From an uncultured Oscillospiraceae bacterium (lineage in GTDB: Bacteria; Bacillota; Clostridia; Oscillospirales; Oscillospiraceae), in contig CANQFY010000001.1 in assembly GCA_947600025.1 (NCBI GenBank), positions 10,130 through 74,129 on the forward strand: 64,000 nucleotides of DNA, read 5' to 3'. Position numbers and translations under genes: made by a program. Below the pieces are notes generated by a model. The model was given only the letters and a program-made list of their open reading frames with translations, was not told the origin of the DNA and searched no databases. Positions 27,464-36,791 of the stretch are shown piece after piece; the stretch's first letter is position 1, and the number at the start of each line of letters is the position of its first letter.

Positions 27464-28804
27464 ATGGCGTTTTCCTTTTTCGGCGGGATCCATCCCAAAG
27501 AAAATAAGTTTTACGCGGAGGGGCAGCGGGTCCAGCCCTTCCCGGAGCCGGACGTGCTGGTGATCCCCATGCAGCAGCACATCGGCGCGCCCTGCAAGCC
27601 CCTGGTCAAAAAGGGCGACCCCGTCACGGTGGGGCAGAAGATCGGCGACAACCAGGGCCTGTGCGTCCCCGTCCACGCCCCGGTCTCCGGCACCGTCAAG
27701 GCGGTGGAGATGCGGCCCCACACCAGCGGCATGACGGTGATGAGCGTGGTCATTGAGAACGACCACCTGGACACCCCCTGCCCCGATCTCACCCCCCGCA
27801 CCCCTGAGGAGGTGGATAAGCTCTCTCCCGAGGAGCTGATGAACATCATCCGGGAGGGCGGCGTGGTCGGCATGGGCGGCGCCACCTTCCCCACCCACGT
27901 CAAGCTCAGCTCCGGCATTGGCAAGGTGGACACCATCATTGTCAACGTCTCCGAGTGCGAGCCCTACATCGTGGCCGACGACCGGGTGTGCCAGGAGTAC
28001 CCCGGGGATGTGATCTCCGGATTGCAGGTGGTCATGAAAATTCTGAATCTGAACACCGCCCACATCGCCCTGGAGGACAACAAGCCCGAGGCCAAGCGGG
28101 CCTTGCTTTCCGAGATCGACCCCAAAACCGGCATCAGCGTGGACATTCTCCCGGCCAAGTACCCCCAGGGCGCGGAAAAGCAGCTGATCTATGCCATCAC
28201 CGGCCGGGAGGTGCCCTCCGGCGGCCTGCCCGCCGCCGTGGGCTGCGCCGTGTTCAACGCCGGCACCTGCAAGGCCATCCACGACGCGGTTTACGACGGG
28301 ATGCCCCTGGTTCGCCGGATCGTCACCGTGTCCGGGGACATCGTCATGCAGCCCATGAATCTGATGGTCCCCCTGGGCACCAGCTTTAACGACCTTTTGG
28401 ACGCCGTGGGCCATTCCCAGAATCCCTACAAGGTCCTCTCCGGCGGGCCCATGATGGGCGTGGCCCAGTTCGACCTGAACGTGACCGTGACCAAGGGCGT
28501 CAACGCCGTCACCATCCTGGGGGCCCAGAACCGGTTCTATGTGGCCAATCCCCACTGCATCCGCTGCGGCAAGTGCATGGACGCCTGCCCCATGCACCTG
28601 ATGCCCCTGATGATGTACCAGGCGGAGCGGAAGAACGACCTGGAGGAGCTGAAGGCGCTGAATCTGCTGGACTGCATCGAGTGCGGCTGCTGCGCCTACA
28701 CCTGCCCCGCCGGGATCCCCCTGGTCCAGTCCTTCCGCACCGGCAAGCAGCGTCTGCGGGACGCCGCGCCCCCCAGACCGGCCCCCGCGCCGGCCAAATC
28801 CTAA
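27464..28804 (+). CDS. rnfC: Rnf electron-transport complex subunit C
   Basis: The ATG at 27464 gives MAFSFFGGIHP. Two 4Fe-4S motifs are present (CIRCGKCMDACP, CIECGCCAYTCP). Confidence 0.93.
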   Translation: MAFSFFGGIHPKENKFYAEGQRVQPFPEPDVLVIPMQQHIGAPCKPLVKKGDPVTVGQKIGDNQGLCVPVHAPVSGTVKAVEMRPHTSGMTVMSVVIENDHLDTPCPDLTPRTPEEVDKLSPEELMNIIREGGVVGMGGATFPTHVKLSSGIGKVDTIIVNVSECEPYIVADDRVCQEYPGDVISGLQVVMKILNLNTAHIALEDNKPEAKRALLSEIDPKTGISVDILPAKYPQGAEKQLIYAITGREVPSGGLPAAVGCAVFNAGTCKAIHDAVYDGMPLVRRIVTVSGDIVMQPMNLMVPLGTSFNDLLDAVGHSQNPYKVLSGGPMMGVAQFDLNVTVTKGVNAVTILGAQNRFYVANPHCIRCGKCMDACPMHLMPLMMYQAERKNDLEELKALNLLDCIECGCCAYTCPAGIPLVQSFRTGKQRLRDAAPPRPAPAPAKS

Positions 28805-28816
28805 GGAGGTGGAAAA

Positions 28817-29815
28817 ATGGCTGCTCCCATGAAATACTTCTATGAGCTGACCGTTTCCAGCTCCCCCCACGACCACGGGCCCAACACCACCCAGACCATC
28901 ATGCGGGACGTGCTCATCGCCCTGACCCCCGCGCTGATCGGAAGCGTCTTCTTCTTTGGCTTCCGTGCGCTGCTGGTGACCATGGTCTCCGCCGCCGCCT
29001 GCGTGTTCTTTGAATGGGGCTACCGGAAGCTCATGAAGCTGGATTCCACGGTCTACGACCTGTCCGCCGTGGTCACCGGCGTGCTGCTGGCCTATGTGTG
29101 CCCCGTGACCATCCCCTATTGGTGCATTATTATCGGCGACTTCTTCGCCATCGTGGTGGTCAAGCAGCTCTTCGGCGGCATCGGCAAGAACTTTATGAAC
29201 CCGGCCCTGGCCGCCCGGGCCTTCCTGTTCTCCTGGCCCGTGATCATGAACACCTGGGTCAAGCCCGGCATTCGTAACTGGGCGGGGCTGCTGTCCACCG
29301 CCGACGCGGTGACCGCCGCCACCCCCCTGGCCGCCATGCACTCAGGGAAGCTCCCCGACGCCTCCGTGCTGGACCTGTTCCTGGGCAACGTGGGCGGGTG
29401 CCTGGGGGAGACCTCCGCGCTGCTGCTGCTCATCGGCGGGGCGTATCTGCTGATCCGGAAGGTCATCTCCCCCCGGATCCCCCTGGCCTTTCTCGGCACC
29501 GTGGCGGTGCTGACCTTCCTGTTCCCCCAGGGAGGCGACCGCCTCACCTGGATGGCCATGTCCGTCCTGAGCGGCGGCGTGATGCTGGGCGCCATCTTCA
29601 TGGCAACGGACTATGTCACCAGCCCCGTCACCAAATGGGGCCAGGTACTCTTCGGCGTGGGCTGCGGGCTGATCACCGTGGTCATTCGCTACTTTGGCGC
29701 CTACAACGAGGGCGTGAGCTACGCCATTTTGGTGATGAACGCCTGCGTGGTGCTGCTGGATAAGGTGGGCCGCCCGGTGAAATTCGGCGCGCCCAAGAAG
29801 GAGGCGGCGAAATGA
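28817..29815 (+). CDS. rnfD: Rnf complex subunit D
   Basis: Polytopic membrane ORF with an SGGVMLGAIFMATDYVTSP-type FMN-attachment region. Operon order fits. Confidence 0.93.
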   Translation: MAAPMKYFYELTVSSSPHDHGPNTTQTIMRDVLIALTPALIGSVFFFGFRALLVTMVSAAACVFFEWGYRKLMKLDSTVYDLSAVVTGVLLAYVCPVTIPYWCIIIGDFFAIVVVKQLFGGIGKNFMNPALAARAFLFSWPVIMNTWVKPGIRNWAGLLSTADAVTAATPLAAMHSGKLPDASVLDLFLGNVGGCLGETSALLLLIGGAYLLIRKVISPRIPLAFLGTVAVLTFLFPQGGDRLTWMAMSVLSGGVMLGAIFMATDYVTSPVTKWGQVLFGVGCGLITVVIRYFGAYNEGVSYAILVMNACVVLLDKVGRPVKFGAPKKEAAK

Positions 29816-30369
29816 AAAAGGAATCCACCTTCGGCTACATTCTGCGGCTGTCATTGACCCTGCTGATCATCACCGGGGTCATGGCGCTGCTGCTGGGCAG
29901 CGTCAACGCTCTGACGAAAGACCGCATCGACCAGATCAATGCCCAGAAGGCCCGGGACGCCCTGGCGGCCGTCCTGCCCGACGCGGCCAGCGCCCAGGAA
30001 AAGACCGATTTTTCCGATCCCACCGGCCAGATCTCCCAGATCTATGAGTCGGAGACCGGCTACGCCATCCAGCTCACCGTCGCCGGCTTCGGCGGCGACG
30101 TGGACATGATGGTGGGCGTGTCCAAGACCGGGGAGGTGCTGGGCGTGTCCATCATCTCCCACACCGAGACCGCCGGCCTGGGGGCCGTAGCCGCGGCGAA
30201 GACCTCCAACGGCCAGGCCTTCCGGGATCAGTTCGTGGGCATGTCCGGGACCCTGGCCGTCACCAAGGACGGCGGGCAGGTGGACGCCATTTCCAGCGCC
30301 ACCATCACCTCCCGGGCGGTCACCGAGGGCGTCAACATCGCCCTGGCCTGGGTCGCCCAGAACGGGTAA
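29812..30369 (+). CDS. rnfG: Rnf complex subunit G
   Basis: N-terminal transmembrane segment plus an FMN-binding domain (VDAISSATITSRAV). Confidence 0.92.
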   Translation: MKKESTFGYILRLSLTLLIITGVMALLLGSVNALTKDRIDQINAQKARDALAAVLPDAASAQEKTDFSDPTGQISQIYESETGYAIQLTVAGFGGDVDMMVGVSKTGEVLGVSIISHTETAGLGAVAAAKTSNGQAFRDQFVGMSGTLAVTKDGGQVDAISSATITSRAVTEGVNIALAWVAQNG

Positions 30370-30381
30370 GGAGGGATCGAC

Positions 30382-31020
30382 ATGAATGTAAAAAAGCAAT
30401 TTATGGAGGGCCTGCTGACCAAAAACCCGGTGCTGGTGCAGCTATTGGGCATGTGCTCTACCCTGGCCATCACCACCAGCCTGTTTAATGGCATCGGCAT
30501 GGGCCTGTCCGTCACCATCATCCTGATCTGCTCCAACGTACTGATCTCCGCCCTGCGGAAGGTCATTCCCAGCAACATCCGCATCGCGGCCTACATCGTC
30601 ATCATCGCGGGCTTCGTCACCATCGTGGACCTGCTGCTCCAGGCGTTTCTGCCGGATCTGTCGGAAAATCTGGGGGTGTTCATCCCCCTGATCGTGGTCA
30701 ACTGCATCATCCTGGGCCGGGCGGAGGCCTTCGCCTCCAAAAACGGCGTCCTGGCCTCGGCGCTGGACGGGCTGTTCCAGGGCATCGGCTACACGTTGAC
30801 CCTGATCGTCATGTGCGTCATTCGGGAGCTGCTGGGCGCCGGCACCTTTGGCGGCGGCATCCTCAACGGCGGCGAGGGCATCCGGCTCCTGCCGGAGGGC
30901 CTGCCCGCCATGCAGATGGTCATGCCCGTGGGCGGCTTTTTGACCCTGGGCTTCCTCATCGCCGGGTCCCAGTGGCTGGTCAAGCGCCTGGAGAAAAAGG
31001 ATAAGGAGGCGGCAAAATGA
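30382..31020 (+). CDS. rnfE: Rnf complex subunit E
   Basis: Typical RnfE/NqrD-like membrane protein ([15 protein letters not shown]). Confidence 0.93.
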   Translation: MNVKKQFMEGLLTKNPVLVQLLGMCSTLAITTSLFNGIGMGLSVTIILICSNVLISALRKVIPSNIRIAAYIVIIAGFVTIVDLLLQAFLPDLSENLGVFIPLIVVNCIILGRAEAFASKNGVLASALDGLFQGIGYTLTLIVMCVIRELLGAGTFGGGILNGGEGIRLLPEGLPAMQMVMPVGGFLTLGFLIAGSQWLVKRLEKKDKEAAK

Positions 31021-31607
31021 GCTACATTCAAAGTCTACTGGGAATCCTCCTGTCCGCCGTGCTGACGGAGAATTTCATCCTGGTGAAATTCTACGGCATC
31101 TGCCCGTTTATGGGCGTGTCCAAGAAGATGGACACCGCTCTGGGCATGGGCATGGCCGTGACCTTCGTCATGGGCATCGCCTCCGCCGCCACCTGGCTGG
31201 TCAACCGCTTTATCCTGATCCCCCTGGATCTGGAGTATATGCAGACCGTGGCCTTCATCCTGGTCATCGCCTCCATCGTCCAGGTGGTGGAGATGTTCCT
31301 GAAGAAAAGCGTCCCGGCCCTGTACCAGGCCCTGGGCATCTACCTGCCCCTGATCACCACCAACTGCGCCGTGCTGGGCGCGGCCCTGGTAAACGTGCAG
31401 AAGGGCTACGACTTTTTGCAGAGCGTGGTCTACGGCGTCACCGGCGGGCTGGGCTTCACCCTGGCCATCGTGCTTTTCGCCTCCATCCGGGAGCGGGTGA
31501 GCAACGCCGAGTGCCCCAAGAGCTTCGAGGGCTTCCCCATCGCGCTGATCTCCGCCGGACTGCTGGCCCTGGCTTTCATGGGCTTCTCCGGCCTGAAGAT
31601 TTTCTAA
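31017..31607 (+). CDS. rnfA: Rnf complex subunit A
   Basis: Typical RnfA/NqrE-like membrane protein ([14 protein letters not shown]). Confidence 0.93.
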   Translation: MSYIQSLLGILLSAVLTENFILVKFYGICPFMGVSKKMDTALGMGMAVTFVMGIASAATWLVNRFILIPLDLEYMQTVAFILVIASIVQVVEMFLKKSVPALYQALGIYLPLITTNCAVLGAALVNVQKGYDFLQSVVYGVTGGLGFTLAIVLFASIRERVSNAECPKSFEGFPIALISAGLLALAFMGFSGLKIF

Positions 31608-31620
31608 GGAGGGGCGAAAA

Positions 31621-32463
31621 ATGACGGAAATTCTCATTGCCATCGGCATTTTGGGCGGCATGGGCCTGATCTTCGGCCTGGTGCTGTCCGTGGCCTCCAA
31701 GGTGTTCTATGTGGAGTCCGACCCCCGGCTGGAGGAGCTGACCCAGGCCCTACCCGGGGCCAACTGCGGCGGCTGCGGCTACTCCGGCTGCGCCGCCTAC
31801 GCCCAGGCGGTGCTGGAGGGCAAGGCCCCCATCGGCAAGTGCGCCTCCGGCGGCGACGACGCCGCCCAGACCATGGCCCAGATCATGGGCGTCAAGGCCG
31901 AGAAGGTGGCCCGCCGGGTGGCCCTGGTCCGCTGCGCCGGGTACAAGGGCGTGGACGAGAACGGCAAGGACGTGGGCGCCAAAATGAAGGGCGAGTACGA
32001 GGGCATCCACGACTGCCTGGCCGCCTCCAAGGTGGCGGGCCGGGGGCCCCTGATCTGCAAATTCGGCTGCCTGGGCTTCGGCAACTGCACCAAGGCCTGC
32101 CAGTATGACGCCATCCACATCGTCAACGGCGTGGCCAAGGTGGACGATACCAAGTGCGTGGGCTGCATGAGCTGCGCGGCCCAGTGCCCCCGGCACCTGA
32201 TCATCCCCGTGGAGTACGGCAAGCGGAACGTGGTGGTGGCCTGCGCCTCCCAGGCCAAGGGCTCCGTCACCATCCGGGGCTGCACCGCCGGGTGCATCGG
32301 CTGCGGCCTGTGCCAGAAGATCTGCCCCAACGACGCCATCCATGTGGACCACAACCTGGCCTCCATCGACTATGACAAGTGCGATTCCTGCGGCCTGTGC
32401 GCCACGGTGTGCCCCAAAAAGCTCATCGCCAACACCAAGCCCGAGGCCGTCCCGGTAAAATAA
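31621..32463 (+). CDS. rnfB: Rnf complex subunit B (polyferredoxin)
   Basis: N-terminal transmembrane segment, a CGGCG motif, and several CxxCxxCxxxCP clusters. Confidence 0.93.
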   Translation: MTEILIAIGILGGMGLIFGLVLSVASKVFYVESDPRLEELTQALPGANCGGCGYSGCAAYAQAVLEGKAPIGKCASGGDDAAQTMAQIMGVKAEKVARRVALVRCAGYKGVDENGKDVGAKMKGEYEGIHDCLAASKVAGRGPLICKFGCLGFGNCTKACQYDAIHIVNGVAKVDDTKCVGCMSCAAQCPRHLIIPVEYGKRNVVVACASQAKGSVTIRGCTAGCIGCGLCQKICPNDAIHVDHNLASIDYDKCDSCGLCATVCPKKLIANTKPEAVPVK

Positions 32464-32477
32464 GTCCAAACAGCAGA

Positions 32478-32512
32478 CAAGAGCCGCTAAAGGAAAGCGG
32501 CTCTTGTTTTTT
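32478..32512 (+). terminator. Intrinsic terminator after rnfB
   Basis: 10-bp stem (CAAGAGCCGC / GCGGCTCTTG) followed by TTTTTT. Confidence 0.85.
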
Positions 32513-32529
32513 ATACTTTCCGAGTGCCG

Positions 32530-32612
32530 TTAAGAGCCGCCAGTCTGGCGGTTCTTAACTATTCTATGCTTCTCGGGTACTGTTCAAAGCCGCCAAACCT
32601 GGCGGCTCTGAA
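32530..32612. repeat. Two further related hairpins (TTAAGAGCCGCCA-gtc-TGGCGGTTCTTAA and TTCAAAGCCGCCA-aacc-TGGCGGCTCTGAA)
   Basis: Both share the AGCCGCC core with the rnfB terminator stem. Neither has a U-tract on either strand. Confidence 0.7.
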
Positions 32613-32619
32613 CTACATT

Positions 32620-33489
32620 TTACACTTCTCTGGTAAAGACGGGGGTGAATTTGGGGACGCCGTAGCGCCCCACAAACCGGGCGCACTTGACCAGAAAGGC
32701 GTAGTACACCCTCCGGCCACTCCCCAGCAATGTCTCGGCGTTGCCCTGGCCCTTGGCAAGGACCACGTCCGCCCGGCGGAGGGCGGCGGCCGCCTCCTCC
32801 CCCAATAGCTCCGGCACGATGCCGGCGATATCGCTGCCGCTGTCGATCACCGGGAAGGGAATGCCCACCTGGGCGGCGTCGGCCCGGGTGGCGTCGTTCT
32901 GGGCGGGGCCGCCCCGGACGCAGAAGGTGATGGAAAGCCCCGGGAACCGGGCCTGAATGGCCTCCGCCAGCACCCGGTCAAAGCCGATCTCCCCGGCGTT
33001 GTCCGTCAGGTACAATAGCTCCCTCGCGCCGGCCAGCTCCGTCAAAAATTGGGCATAGCAGGCCCCGTCCAGCTCCATTTCCAGGGCGGAGCGGAGCATT
33101 TCGTCCAGCTTTTCAAACCGGACCTCCCCATAGAGGGCGGAAAAATCCAGATAATTCCCTAAAATCGACAGCTTCAGCCCCGCCAGGACCGGGTCCTCCG
33201 CCGCCTCCACCAGCGCCCGCAGCCGGGGCAGCCGGGCCAGGACGTAGGCGTTGGAATCCGCCTTCTCCTTGGCGAACCGGTCCGGCCCCAGGTGATAGTG
33301 CCGGTCAAAAAGCGCCGCGATCCCCGGCCCGAACCAGGGGGAGCTGACCTCCGCCGGGGCGGCGGCCAGCAGCGCCATCAGGTCCTTGGCAAAGGCCGTG
33401 GCCTGCTCCTCGGTGCCCAGCTCCCGGGCCGCCTGAAGGTGCCGCCCAAGGAGGCACTCCAGGCACACGGTATCGATGGGGACGCTCAT
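32620..33489 (-). CDS. DUF89 / ARMT1-like damage-control phosphatase family protein
   Basis: N-terminus CLECLLGRHL and the motif YLTDNAGEIGFD, characteristic of DUF89. Confidence 0.75.
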   Translation of the reverse strand: MSVPIDTVCLECLLGRHLQAARELGTEEQATAFAKDLMALLAAAPAEVSSPWFGPGIAALFDRHYHLGPDRFAKEKADSNAYVLARLPRLRALVEAAEDPVLAGLKLSILGNYLDFSALYGEVRFEKLDEMLRSALEMELDGACYAQFLTELAGARELLYLTDNAGEIGFDRVLAEAIQARFPGLSITFCVRGGPAQNDATRADAAQVGIPFPVIDSGSDIAGIVPELLGEEAAAALRRADVVLAKGQGNAETLLGSGRRVYYAFLVKCARFVGRYGVPKFTPVFTREV

Positions 33490-33926
33490 ACTTTCAGCTT
33501 GACCACGATCTTCCGGTAGTCATGGGGCTGGTCCAGGTGGACGCTGGGCATATGGGCGTCCTCGGGGTAGACCACATAGCAGTACCCCGCGTGGATGTCC
33601 ATGAAATCGCAGTGGCCAGAGAACATACCCTTGTCTTTGACGGTGTTGAACTCCCCGGCGGGGGTCAGGGTCTCGGTGGGGGCCCAGCCCACGGTCTCCA
33701 TGCCCTCAAAGATGTACTGAATGTCCAGATAGTTGTGGTGCACCTCCAGATCCTGGGTGGCGGCGTCCTTGGTGGTGCCCTTCTGCACCATGATCCGGCC
33801 GCCGCCCGACAGCGGGTAGGTGGCGGGCTCCAGGCTTTCCAGCCCCGCCACTAGCTTCATAGCCTCCTCCAGGCCGGGGATGATGGGGGCGTACCGCCCC
33901 AGGTCCTTCCACGGGCAAACGATCAT
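33486..33926 (-). CDS. YhcH/YjgK/YiaL family protein (DUF386)
   Basis: 146-aa ORF with the family pattern HHNYLDIQYIFEG... Confidence 0.75.
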   Translation of the reverse strand: MIVCPWKDLGRYAPIIPGLEEAMKLVAGLESLEPATYPLSGGGRIMVQKGTTKDAATQDLEVHHNYLDIQYIFEGMETVGWAPTETLTPAGEFNTVKDKGMFSGHCDFMDIHAGYCYVVYPEDAHMPSVHLDQPHDYRKIVVKLKV

Positions 33927-33943
33927 AATAACCCATCCTTTCC

Positions 33944-34570
33944 TTATTTTAACAGAGGAATCAGATCCTCAAATTTCTCGATTTTCCCGTCAAATTCCGC
34001 CGGGACGCCAAAGCCGTAGGCCGCCCAGATAAAGGGAATGTCCGCCTCCCTGGCCGCCTCCAGATCCAACTGGGTGTCGCCGATATAGGCGGCGCCGCGG
34101 ATTCCGTACCGCGCTATCAGCGTCCGAATGGTCTTTCCCTTGGTGGTCCGGGTCTGGCCGTAGCACAGCGTGCCCTGGAACAGCTCCTCTACCCCCAGGG
34201 CCGCCAGACACTGCTCCGGATAGCCCTCCTCGCTGTTGCTCACGATGAACAGCCGGTGGCTTTTGGCCAGGACCCTCAGCGTCTCCACCACGCCGGGATA
34301 GCCCGGGCACCCCCGCTGCCGGAGAAGCCGCCCGCCGGAGGCCATGCACCGGTGCATTAGAGCATACCGCTCCGCCGCCGGAAGGCCCGGAAAGAGCCGG
34401 TCGGCAATGTCCCGGTCCACCATGCCGAAGAGGGACCGCAGCTCCTCCGGGCTTACCAGCAGCGCCCCCCGCCCCTCGGCGGTGAGCTGGAGATTGTACC
34501 CCTCGGCCAGGACGGCTCGGGTGTCCCACAGGGTGCCGTCAATGTCGAAGATCAGCGATTCGGCTTTCAT
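33944..34570 (-). CDS. HAD-superfamily hydrolase (phosphoglycolate phosphatase-like)
   Basis: Motif I FDIDGTLWDT, with IVSNS and GDTQLD motifs. Confidence 0.85.
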   Translation of the reverse strand: MKAESLIFDIDGTLWDTRAVLAEGYNLQLTAEGRGALLVSPEELRSLFGMVDRDIADRLFPGLPAAERYALMHRCMASGGRLLRQRGCPGYPGVVETLRVLAKSHRLFIVSNSEEGYPEQCLAALGVEELFQGTLCYGQTRTTKGKTIRTLIARYGIRGAAYIGDTQLDLEAAREADIPFIWAAYGFGVPAEFDGKIEKFEDLIPLLK

Positions 34571-35199
34571 ACCGGCGCCGCCGCTCCGTCCAGGTGCCGC
34601 TGAATCCGGCCCAAGATCATGTCCAGGGCCACATAGTTTTTCCCGCCCTCGGGGACCACCAGATTGGCGTATTTTTTGCTGGGCTCCACATATTTTTCGT
34701 GCATGGGCTTGACGGTCTGCTGGTACTGCTCCAGCACCGATTCCAGGGTCCTGCCCCGCTTATTCACGTCCCGCTTGATCCGGCGGCACAACCGGATATC
34801 CGCGTCGGTGTCCACGAAGATCCGCACGTCCATCAGGTCCCGGAGGGCCTGGTTCTCGAAGATCAGGATCCCCTCCACGATGATCACCGGCTCCGGGACG
34901 ATGTGGATCGTCTCCTGGCTCCGGTTGTGGACGGTGAAATCGTACACCGGGCAGTCGATGGGCACCCCCTGGCGGAGCTGCTGGAGCTGGCGCACCATCA
35001 GGTCCGTATCGAAGGCGGCGGGCTCGTCGTAGTTGAGCTTGCAGCGCTCCTCGTAGGTCAAATCGTCGTGGCGCTTGTAGTAATTATCGTGGCTGAGTAC
35101 CGTGACGGAGCGGCCAAACCGCTGGATGATGTTTTTCATCAGGGTGGTCTTACCGCTGCCGCTGCCTCCGGCGATGCCGATGACCAGAATATCCTCCAT
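34567..35199 (-). CDS. udk: Uridine kinase
   Basis: The ATG at 35197-35199 gives MEDILVIGIAGGSGSGKTT (P-loop). AAGGAGG RBS upstream. Confidence 0.9.
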   Translation of the reverse strand: MEDILVIGIAGGSGSGKTTLMKNIIQRFGRSVTVLSHDNYYKRHDDLTYEERCKLNYDEPAAFDTDLMVRQLQQLRQGVPIDCPVYDFTVHNRSQETIHIVPEPVIIVEGILIFENQALRDLMDVRIFVDTDADIRLCRRIKRDVNKRGRTLESVLEQYQQTVKPMHEKYVEPSKKYANLVVPEGGKNYVALDMILGRIQRHLDGAAAPV

Positions 35200-35210
35200 A
35201 GTGCCCTCCT

Positions 35211-35975
35211 TTATTCGCCCGCCGTCCCCAGCAGCCGGGCGCACAGGGCCAGCCGCTCCGGGGTGGGGTCGCTGTTCTCAAAAATCACCTGGCCGGGCCC
35301 GTCCCAAAGCAGTCCCGCCGCTTCCAGCCGCCGCTGGGTCTGGTGGGCGGTGCCGGCGCCCCCGTCAAACAGGACCGTTCCGGGCAGCAGCCTGCCGATC
35401 ACCCCGGCGGCGAAGGGAAAGTGGGTGCATCCCAGCACCAGGGCGTCCAAACACCCTGCGTAGGGCTCCAAAATAGGCCGAAGCAGCTCCTCCGCCTCTT
35501 CCGATTCCCCCAGGCCCGCCTCCACCAGCTCCACCAGCCCGGGCACGGAGATGGGGTAGACTTGGCATCCGATACCCACCCGGTCCAGAAGACCGGCAAA
35601 TTTTTCCTCCCGCAGTGTCAGCTCCGTGGCCATCACACCAATGCGCCCGCCGGGGAACCGGTCCACGGCAGGCTTCAACGCCGGCTCCATCCCCACCACA
35701 ATTAGATCGGGGTAGATTTCCCGCAGAGCGGTGATGGCGGCGGCGGTGGCGGTGTTGCAGGCCACCACCAGGGCCTTGATCCCCCGCTGTGCCAGCTCCG
35801 CCGCCGCGGCCAGGGTCAGCGCCCGGGCCTCCTGGGTGGGCCGGCCCCCGTAGGGGGCGTTGGCGGAGTCGCCATAGTATAGATACCGCTCCCGGGGCAG
35901 CGCCGAGAGCAGGCTCCGCAGCACGCTGATGCCTCCCAGCCCGGAGTCAAACACGGCAATATATCGCTCTTTCAC
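35211..35975 (-). CDS. murI: Glutamate racemase
   Basis: VFDSGLGGISV and ACNTA / GCTHFP active-site Cys motifs. GTG start after GGAGG. Confidence 0.92.
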   Translation of the reverse strand: MKERYIAVFDSGLGGISVLRSLLSALPRERYLYYGDSANAPYGGRPTQEARALTLAAAAELAQRGIKALVVACNTATAAAITALREIYPDLIVVGMEPALKPAVDRFPGGRIGVMATELTLREEKFAGLLDRVGIGCQVYPISVPGLVELVEAGLGESEEAEELLRPILEPYAGCLDALVLGCTHFPFAAGVIGRLLPGTVLFDGGAGTAHQTQRRLEAAGLLWDGPGQVIFENSDPTPERLALCARLLGTAGE

Positions 35976-36000
35976 GGTGAACCTCCGGTTTCTGAAACAT

Positions 36001-36278
36001 AGGTGACGGGAATCGAACCCACATCGGTTTCCGCCGGGTCATTTCCGCCCAGTCTTCACAAAAGCCCTTGGAAATACATAGCCAGTATTCCCTGCGGTCT
36101 TTTGCTTGCCTGAACGAAAATCCAGCGGCCTGAAACTGCGCAGCACTTTGCGGGGAGCAATTTTGGGATGATTTTGCCCGCAGAGGAGGAAGCCTTGCTG
36201 TCGCAAGGCGACGACGATAAGGGGAAAAGCGCCGAAAAGAGCCCCCGCAAAGCGGCGTGGGTTCGACTCCCGTCACCT
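36001..36278 (-). other. Structured non-coding element closed by a 22-bp inverted repeat that looks like tRNA T-arm plus partial acceptor; identity unknown
   Basis: AGGTGACGGGAATCGAACCCAC (36001-36022) pairs with GTGGGTTCGACTCCCGTCACCT (36257-36278), 21/22. Several internal hairpins are present. A strong minus-strand promoter ends about 7 nt upstream. Confidence 0.45.
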
Positions 36279-36286
36279 TTGCCCTT

Positions 36287-36315
36287 ATTCTATCAAATCT
36301 TCCCGCCGGTTGCAA
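36287..36315 (-). promoter_or_regulatory. Strong candidate sigma-A promoter reading into the IR element and the murI operon
   Basis: Minus-strand TTGCAA, 17 nt spacer, TAGAAT. Confidence 0.6.
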
Positions 36316-36353
36316 TGCCCCCGCCGCTTTTTTGGCAAATTTGCCATTGCTGA

Positions 36354-36382
36354 TTGACAAGGAAAGCCTGCCATGGTAGAAT
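36354..36382 (+). promoter_or_regulatory. Candidate promoter of the MGMT-family gene
   Basis: TTGACA, 17 nt spacer, TAGAAT. Confidence 0.65.
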
Positions 36383-36405
36383 CAAAGCAGACAGGAGGCG
36401 GCGTC

Positions 36406-36723
36406 ATGGATCCCTTTCCCCAGCGCGTATACGCCCTGGTCCGCCGCGTTCCGGCGGGCAAGGTCACGACCTACGGTCAGTTGGCGGCCCTGTCCGGCGC
36501 GCCCCGCTCCGCCCGGGCTGTGGGCGCGGTGCTGGCCGCCTGTCGTGACCCGTCGGTGCCCTGCCACCGGGTCGTGGACCGTCTGGGCGGCGTCAAGCCG
36601 GCCTTTGACACCTTTGCTCCCGGCACCCAGCGCGCCCTTCTGGAATCCGAGGGCGTGACCTTCACCCGGGGCAGCCGCGTAGATCTGGCCGCCCATCTCT
36701 GGAATCCGTGGGACGTCGGATAA
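36406..36723 (+). CDS. Single-domain MGMT-family protein (methylated-DNA-protein-cysteine methyltransferase DNA-binding domain)
   Basis: PCHRVV active-site motif. I chose the ATG at 36406 (AGGAGG upstream) because the ATG at 36373 overlaps the -10 hexamer and so lies upstream of the predicted transcription start. Confidence 0.8.
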   Translation: MDPFPQRVYALVRRVPAGKVTTYGQLAALSGAPRSARAVGAVLAACRDPSVPCHRVVDRLGGVKPAFDTFAPGTQRALLESEGVTFTRGSRVDLAAHLWNPWDVG

Positions 36724-36730
36724 TTCCCTC

Positions 36731-36759
36731 TTGATTTTCCTAGGCGGATCCGATAAAAT
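36731..36759 (+). promoter_or_regulatory. Candidate promoter of tRNA-Leu
   Basis: TTGATT, 17 nt spacer, TAAAAT, about 30 nt upstream of the tRNA. Confidence 0.6.
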
Positions 36760-36791
36760 ATGGTCAGCCGGCCTCTGCCGGCACCCCCAAT

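Noticed and set aside
27440-29341. 633-aa minus-strand ORF opposite rnfC/rnfD.
   Set aside because: Antisense to the conserved Rnf genes, with the same high-GC artefact composition.
32478-32612. Possible mini CRISPR array, suggested by three similar palindromic units.
   Set aside because: There are only three units with irregular spacing of 20-25 nt. The units differ from each other, and no cas genes or leader are present. Hairpin repeats or terminators explain them better.
36001-36285. tmRNA (ssrA) gene, suggested by distal 5'/3' pairing and a GGGTTCGAnTCCC T-arm.
   Set aside because: On either strand the third acceptor pair is T-A, not the G-U needed for alanine charging. No ACCA follows the 3' strand. 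At ~280 nt the element is short for a tmRNA. Neither strand has a resume codon followed by a tag ending in the usual ALAA-type sequence; the best candidate reads ACLNENPAA. No smpB gene is nearby.
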